32,952 nt of DNA, taken from IMG/VR virus record IMGVR_UViG_3300018074_000014, positions 1-32,952 of that record. One strand, 5' to 3'. This document shows, piece after piece, positions 28,403-32,952 of the stretch. A program made the position numbers and the translations under genes. This stretch comes from a virus (taxonomy: Duplodnaviria; Caudoviricetes). The notes below the pieces were generated by a model, which was not told where the DNA came from, searched no databases, and saw only the letters and a list, made by a program, of their open reading frames with translations. Each line of letters opens with the position of its first letter. The first letter of the stretch is position 1.

Positions 28403-28920
28403 TGGCTGCGGGATGGAAGGCAATCTTAGGTCAGGTCGCTCCTGCGCTGGCAACTGCGCTCGGCGGTCCGCTGGCCGGCATGGCGGTCAAGGAACTCGGC
28501 GCCAAGTGGCTTGGTAAGCCGGACGCCAAAGAGAGCGATATCGAGGCAGCGGTGATTGCGGCCAATCCCGAGACGCTGCTTAAACTCAGGGAACTAGACA
28601 ATGCCTTCAAGTCAAAACTGGTTGAAGCCGGAGTCGAGCTTGAACGTCTTACCGTGGAGGATCGAGCGTCGGCTCGCGCAAGAGAGATTGCGCTCAAGGA
28701 TTGGACGCCGAAGCTCGTTGCGTTTTCGATCCTCGCAATCTTCGCCAGCACGCACGTTTTCCTGCTTTCTCAGGAAGCTCCCGCGGGATCTCGCGAACTG
28801 GTGGCGCGAGCGATGGGTACGCTTGATGCCCTGACGGTAGCAATCGTGAGTTACTATTTCGGTTCAAGTTCCGGCAGCCGCGCCAAGACCGAATCCCTGA
28901 TCGACAAGGCGACAAAATAA
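28402..28920 (+). CDS. 3TM holin-family protein
   Basis: VAPALATALGGPLAG, DRASARARE, YYFGSSSGS; probable GTG start at 28402. Confidence 0.75.
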   Translation: MAAGWKAILGQVAPALATALGGPLAGMAVKELGAKWLGKPDAKESDIEAAVIAANPETLLKLRELDNAFKSKLVEAGVELERLTVEDRASARAREIALKDWTPKLVAFSILAIFASTHVFLLSQEAPAGSRELVARAMGTLDALTVAIVSYYFGSSSGSRAKTESLIDKATK

Positions 28921-28952
28921 ACCGGCCAGAGCCAACAACTCCCTGGCCAGTT
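28914..28952 (-). terminator. intrinsic terminator (possibly bidirectional) closing the repeat transcript
   Basis: Minus strand: AACTGGCCAGGG-AGTTGTTGG-CTCTGGCCGGTT then TATTTT. The two G.U pairs form only on the minus strand. Confidence 0.65.
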
Positions 28953-28955
28953 GTC

Positions 28956-29155
28956 GCCTAGCCGCGCCTTGCCCAGCCACGCCCGGCCACGCCTCGCCCC
29001 GCCTTGCCGCGCCCGGCCGTGCCTTGCCGTGCCTTGCCTTGCCCCGCCATGCCCCGCCCGGCCTTGCCCCGCCATGCCCCGCCCCGCCATGCCCCGCCCG
29101 GCCGTGCCTTGCCTTGCCCAGCCGAGCCACGCCACGCCTTGCCCTGCCGCGCCTT
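28956..29155 (-). repeat. 40 x 5-nt array of invariant GGC plus variable NN; candidate guide ncRNA
   Basis: Plus strand reads (GCCNN)40 with no phase break; it begins 2 nt after the stop codon of the RAMP-like gene. Confidence 0.95.
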
Positions 29156-29157
29156 GC

Positions 29158-29781
29158 TTACAACCAACCTACGACTTCGCACTTGCCAAACTGACCGCGG
29201 AACGTCCCGAGCCCAACTGCCACCATGCCGTCAGTCATGACATTCATAATCTGCTGCTCTTGAATCATGCGATTGGGCCATAACGTCAACGTGAACGACA
29301 ACTCCCAAGGCAGTGGCAGCACGGGTCTGACTTTTGGGTTGGGAATGCCTTTTGGCAACCTAGCGACCTGACGATGCACGTAGATTCCTGATATCTTATC
29401 TAGGTCGTTGTCGAGTTTGCCAAACACGATTGGCTCATCATCCCTAAGAAACGGGATCATCTTCGGACCAATATTCACGAACGAACCACATGCGGTTGTG
29501 AAGTTCTTGTATTTACGGCTGTCGAGCAATCGCTTGGGGGCCGAATCGGTGTTTTGGGCCGAGAGGAACGACATTATATTCGCCGAAGGCAGGCATATTG
29601 TTCTGCCCTGTTCTCCGCCCAGATAGAGTTTTTGCCACGGCTCCAGCTTGGTGTCGTTGTCGCCAGGATAGCGGTCGAACATGATGTCGGTCAGACCGCG
29701 CAGGCGCACTTGCCGGACGATCTTCTCGCGAGTTCCGCTTTCGGCTCTGGTTTTTAGTTCCTGCTTTTCCTGTTCTTTCAT
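29158..29781 (-). CDS. stand-alone RAMP / Cas7-like RNA-binding protein
   Basis: beta1 VRLRGLTDIMF, LPSANIMSFL (RAMP iPgssikg-like), RPVLPLPWELSFTLTL, C-terminal Gly-rich loop GMVAVGLGTFRGQFGKCEV; GAGGTG RBS. Confidence 0.75.
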   Translation of the reverse strand: MKEQEKQELKTRAESGTREKIVRQVRLRGLTDIMFDRYPGDNDTKLEPWQKLYLGGEQGRTICLPSANIMSFLSAQNTDSAPKRLLDSRKYKNFTTACGSFVNIGPKMIPFLRDDEPIVFGKLDNDLDKISGIYVHRQVARLPKGIPNPKVRPVLPLPWELSFTLTLWPNRMIQEQQIMNVMTDGMVAVGLGTFRGQFGKCEVVGWL

Positions 29782-29835
29782 TTATCACCTCATTCTCCTT
29801 GGTTTATGACAGCATCACGCTCGTGACGAAGTACA

Positions 29836-30069
29836 CTAGCCCCGCCGCGCCTCGCTCAGCCAGGTCCCGCCGCGCCACGCCGCGCGCCTACTGATCTCCA
29901 TCGCCACGATTCGATCGATCTCCGCGCGCACCCGAGCCCGAATAGTTTCCCTCAGACCGCCGTTCAGTGCGATCTCATTGGCGATGTTGTCATTCGCCGC
30001 GCGCCGCCGCTTTGCCAGCACTCTGGGAGCCTTGTCCAACTCCTTCAATCGCTTCTCTCTCGTCGTCAC
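29836..30069 (-). CDS. basic helical hypothetical protein
   Basis: Probable GTG start at 30069 (VTTREKRL...) with GAAAGG upstream. Confidence 0.5.
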   Translation of the reverse strand: MTTREKRLKELDKAPRVLAKRRRAANDNIANEIALNGGLRETIRARVRAEIDRIVAMEISRRAAWRGGTWLSEARRG

Positions 30070-30098
30070 GGAAAACCTTTCTGCGACCAATGGTCGCC

Positions 30099-30182
30099 CT
30101 AGAACAATGCCACGCTGGCCAGATAACAGAGCACTCCTAACACCACCAGCAATATCGCGATCTCCCACAGCAGTTTCTTCAT
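30099..30182 (-). CDS. 27 aa single-TM peptide
   Basis: MKKLLWEIAILLVVLGVLCYLASVALF; GAGGG RBS; absent from the ORF track. Confidence 0.5.
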   Translation of the reverse strand: MKKLLWEIAILLVVLGVLCYLASVALF

Positions 30183-30195
30183 GGTGTCCCTCATT

Positions 30196-30243
30196 AAAAA
30201 GGGGGGCGGGCACCTAGCGGCCATCGTGGCCACGGTCCCGCCC
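30196..30243 (-). terminator. long hairpin with U-tract
   Basis: GGGCGGG-ACC-GTGGCCA-CGA-TGGCCGC-TA-GGT-G-CCCGCCC then CCCTTTTT. Confidence 0.6.
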
Positions 30244-30379
30244 GGACCCACTCATTGGGTCTTGAGTCCTGGGCCATCCGCAAGAGACAGCCCCGGTCGC
30301 TCCGCTCAACGCACGGCTAGTCCCCGAATCTGCGAATCCACCAAAGCAGATCGAGCAAAACCTTCTGCTTCATAACCAA

Positions 30380-30796
30380 TCACCTCCCTTCTCTCGGAAG
30401 CAAGCGCTTGAGTTCGGATTCCAGCCATAGCCGTTCGATTTCGCGATCGAGCTTGGGTTTGTTGCGCTTGTGCTCCCACGCCTTGAGCGCCAGCGCCCGG
30501 TCCGGGAACTTGTCCATCCACCACTGAAGCCCCTCGCCGGGTCTGGCCAGCGATCCCTTGTGGCTGTCGAACCAGAAGTGATGAGCGGCACACAGAGCGA
30601 GAGAAGCCCACGGGACAAAGACCAGGGACTTGGCCTTCCGATTCTTGATGTGTGCCCAGTGGACAGACTGTTTGATCCCCGACGAGCCACACTTCTGGCA
30701 CTTGTTTTGGTCCCGAATCTCCACCACCAGCCGGCGGCAGAGCTTGGTCATCAAGGCGTGGGAGGTCTTGCGGGTCGCCCTCTTGGACGCCCTCAC
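30380..30796 (-). CDS. NinG/Rap-like HNH-type nuclease
   Basis: IRDQNKCQKCG, HWAHI..R, ALCAAHHFWF; GTG 30796 overlaps the upstream stop. Confidence 0.65.
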   Translation of the reverse strand: MRASKRATRKTSHALMTKLCRRLVVEIRDQNKCQKCGSSGIKQSVHWAHIKNRKAKSLVFVPWASLALCAAHHFWFDSHKGSLARPGEGLQWWMDKFPDRALALKAWEHKRNKPKLDREIERLWLESELKRLLPREGR

Positions 30797-31587
30797 GGCG
30801 TGCCCGCAGTAGGTTCCGGGGGCGGCGAGGTGGCGAGGGCGACTGCCCGCCGCGAGGCTCGCCTCGCTTCGCTCGCCACCTTCTGGACGCGCTGTGCTCC
30901 GGCAAGGGGATCGCCAAAGAATACAGACACCGAATCGAGCGCGTTGGCCATCTCCCGCAGAGCCGCCTCCAGCGCGACGCACCGGGCCTCGGCGGCCTCT
31001 GCTCGGTCATATTGCTGCACTAGGTCGGAGTCATCGACCGTCTTGGCCGAAGCTTCGCGCAGCATGGCCTCGATCCGGTCTGGTAGGTCGATGAACGAGG
31101 CGTCCGGCGCGTACTTCTTGGTCAGCACTTCGCAACACGCCAGCGCCGCCACTCGCTCGGCGCTCAGCGCCCGCACCGCTTCGCCGTAGCCCGATTCCCC
31201 CGGTACCACGACCCCAGCGTCCACCAGAGCCCCGCTAACATTAGCGAGCCATGCCGCGGACCGGTCCAGCGCGGCGCGGGCGTCCAGCAAGTCGCGGACG
31301 GCGCGTAATCCGATATGAACTTGATACTGCGGCAGATGGTCGAATTCTACGCCGCAGTCGGCGAGGTAGGTTTCAAGCTCGTCCCGACTCACCCTCGGGC
31401 TCGGTTCGGTATGGGCAGGGGCGGGACCAGGGCGCACCGGCGCGGCGGAGTCGCTGGCGCTGACGTCGGCGCCGTCTCCGCTTGAACTCGCATCCCCTCT
31501 CGGGGCTCCCGCTCCCTGCTTCGTTTCGGTCTGTGGCTGGTGGTCTGATTCTGCGGGCATTTCGCTCGGCTTCTCGGCGGCGGTCAC
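30793..31587 (-). CDS. hypothetical coiled-coil protein
   Basis: GTG 31587 is coupled to the methyltransferase stop; low-complexity ends. Confidence 0.55.
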   Translation of the reverse strand: MTAAEKPSEMPAESDHQPQTETKQGAGAPRGDASSSGDGADVSASDSAAPVRPGPAPAHTEPSPRVSRDELETYLADCGVEFDHLPQYQVHIGLRAVRDLLDARAALDRSAAWLANVSGALVDAGVVVPGESGYGEAVRALSAERVAALACCEVLTKKYAPDASFIDLPDRIEAMLREASAKTVDDSDLVQQYDRAEAAEARCVALEAALREMANALDSVSVFFGDPLAGAQRVQKVASEARRASRRAVALATSPPPEPTAGTP

Positions 31588-32201
31588 TCGGCCTCCTCGT
31601 ACGTGGCGGCTTTGCCGGAGCACAGCGCGTCCTCGACTGGCGGCTCTGCTCGCCTGGAGCGCCACGCCTCCCACGCCCTGCCTACGCGGCCGCTGCCGGG
31701 GAACAGGTCCACGAACTCATCGCTTGGTCGCATATCGAGCGCCCCGAACAACCACTCCGCGAACGCCTCCGGCTTCTGGCCCTTCACCGTGCCCCCCTCT
31801 CGTTCGGCCTTGGTCACACCGTGGGGTTTGCAATGGACCCAATCGAACGGCGTAGGCTGGTCGCGACGGCAAGGACGGGCCGCCCTCATGAAGATCACGG
31901 GCTCCCATGCGTAGCACGGCCACACCTTGGGCCGCATGAAGGCGAACGGTTTGGTCCACGCCCCAACGCGCGTCTTGGGCGGGCAGAGCGGCAGGAGCAT
32001 ACGGAGGGCTGGAACCGACGTAGATAGAGCCCAGCCGTCGTAGGTCGTGCTCAAGCACAGGATCAGCTTACGGTGATCTACTTCGGCGCACTTATACATC
32101 GAGCGCGCCATGCCTGGATAGGGCGGGTCAGCGTAGGCGAACCTCATTGGCGACGCATCATCCATGTCCGCCACCCACACCGCATCCTTGGCCGGCACCA
32201 A
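31584..32201 (-). CDS. DNA amino-methyltransferase (m6A/m4C, beta-class motif order), orphan
   Basis: ADPPY catalytic motif first, GQKP, then SAM-binding VDLFPGSG. Start uncertain; may be about 32147-32165. Confidence 0.8.
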   Translation of the reverse strand: MVPAKDAVWVADMDDASPMRFAYADPPYPGMARSMYKCAEVDHRKLILCLSTTYDGWALSTSVPALRMLLPLCPPKTRVGAWTKPFAFMRPKVWPCYAWEPVIFMRAARPCRRDQPTPFDWVHCKPHGVTKAEREGGTVKGQKPEAFAEWLFGALDMRPSDEFVDLFPGSGRVGRAWEAWRSRRAEPPVEDALCSGKAATYEEAE

Positions 32202-32213
32202 TCACTCCTCCCC

Positions 32214-32952
32214 TCACGTCTCCACCCCCGGCCGGTACTCCTCGCCCCTCAGCCCGTGCAGGCTCGCCACCGCGTTGCGCGCCGTCATCTTCTGCGGCTC
32301 GCCCACCACTGAGCAGCCGTCCCGCAGCCGCCGCAACGGCCGCAGCTCGGGATGCACTCGCATGAAGTAGTCCTTGCGCGAGCCGTCCGCCTCAGGCGTC
32401 GAGTTGACCACCTTGACCATTAGGAGATCAGTGTCGTCGGGACGCGGTTTCCGATAGAGCGCGCCGAAATCATCCTCGTGAATCTTCTCGGCCTGGGTGT
32501 CGAGCAGATACCGGGCCGTGCCGTAGCGCGAGATCATCACGCGCCGGACCTCGGCATTCCGCTCGTTCTCGATGTGTTGGACCGTGATCCAGTCGGGGCG
32601 GACGACGACGAACGCCGGGACCAAAACGCCGTGCCAGAAATAGAGGTTCTCGGCGTCCGATTCGAGCGCGGGGCCGGTTTCATGGTGCAGGCGCCGCACC
32701 GAGCCCGTATCCATGTGAACCGTTGGCTTGGCGACCCAATACAGCGTGCTCTCCGTCCAGTAAAGCATCCAGCAGCCAGCGATGAATGCCTCAAAGAGCG
32801 GTTGAGACCAGCGCAGAACACCGTCCTTCCGCAACTGCGCAGCGCCGAGAGCGGTGACCGAAATCAAGGACATATCCCACAACCACCAGAACCAGGACGC
32901 TTGAACCATCGAGGCGGCAAATCGCTGGCGGGCGGCGCTGGCGGCGATGGCG
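32214..32952 (-). CDS. DUF6745-domain protein (5'-truncated by window edge)
   Basis: RLHHETGPAL, YFWHGV.VP, NAEVRRVMI.RYG, VVNSTPE.DGS, TARNAVA; the frame is open to the end of the window. Confidence 0.75.
   Translation of the reverse strand, partial: AIAASAARQRFAASMVQASWFWWLWDMSLISVTALGAAQLRKDGVLRWSQPLFEAFIAGCWMLYWTESTLYWVAKPTVHMDTGSVRRLHHETGPALESDAENLYFWHGVLVPAFVVVRPDWITVQHIENERNAEVRRVMISRYGTARYLLDTQAEKIHEDDFGALYRKPRPDDTDLLMVKVVNSTPEADGSRKDYFMRVHPELRPLRRLRDGCSVVGEPQKMTARNAVASLHGLRGEEYRPGVET

Noticed and set aside
28956-29155. Canonical CRISPR array or simple microsatellite
   Set aside because: There are no 25-40 nt repeats with spacers, and the strict constant/variable partition does not fit a simple microsatellite.
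28854-29283. Several overlapping ORFs across the GCCNN array (ARQGRAG/PCPAMP-type peptides)
   Set aside because: They are by-products of a stop-poor 5-nt repeat, open in many frames on both strands, with no RBS support.
30070-30213. 5' part of track ORF 29836..30213
   Set aside because: It starts inside a terminator hairpin and overlaps a better-supported 27 aa peptide ORF.
31584-32201. Restriction-modification system
   Set aside because: No cognate restriction enzyme; the nearby nuclease is NinG-like. Orphan methyltransferases are common in phages.
1-32952. Integrase, att sites, tRNAs, reverse transcriptase/DGR, cas1/cas2/cas3
   Set aside because: No supporting motifs seen in the window; lifestyle and host cannot be determined from this sequence.

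Overview
The window is most of a GC-rich, podovirus-like (P22/SU10-type portal and capsid) tailed-phage genome, probably infecting a diderm host (spanin-like lipoproteins are present). A rightward late operon (about 2563-28920) runs: small conserved proteins, terminase, a roughly 5.4 kb block of sugar-modifying enzymes (C-methyltransferase, three paralogous GT-A glycosyltransferases, two FkbM methyltransferases, a GT9-like enzyme, a DUF4254-like protein), portal, scaffold, major capsid, a GT4-like glycosyltransferase, adaptor, nozzle, tail fibre, three ejection proteins and a lysis cassette. Leftward early/accessory genes lie at both ends (replication-initiator C-terminal domain, NinG-like nuclease, DNA methyltransferase, DUF6745), and an orphan Phd/YefM antitoxin sits at the left edge on the + strand. 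The outstanding feature is a stand-alone RAMP/Cas7-like gene (29158-29781, minus strand) followed 2 nt after its stop codon by a perfectly phased array of 40 five-nt units (invariant GGC plus variable NN) and a terminator. This is a candidate RNA-guided system with a non-contiguous guide code. All protein assignments come from motif recognition and synteny; no database searches were run.
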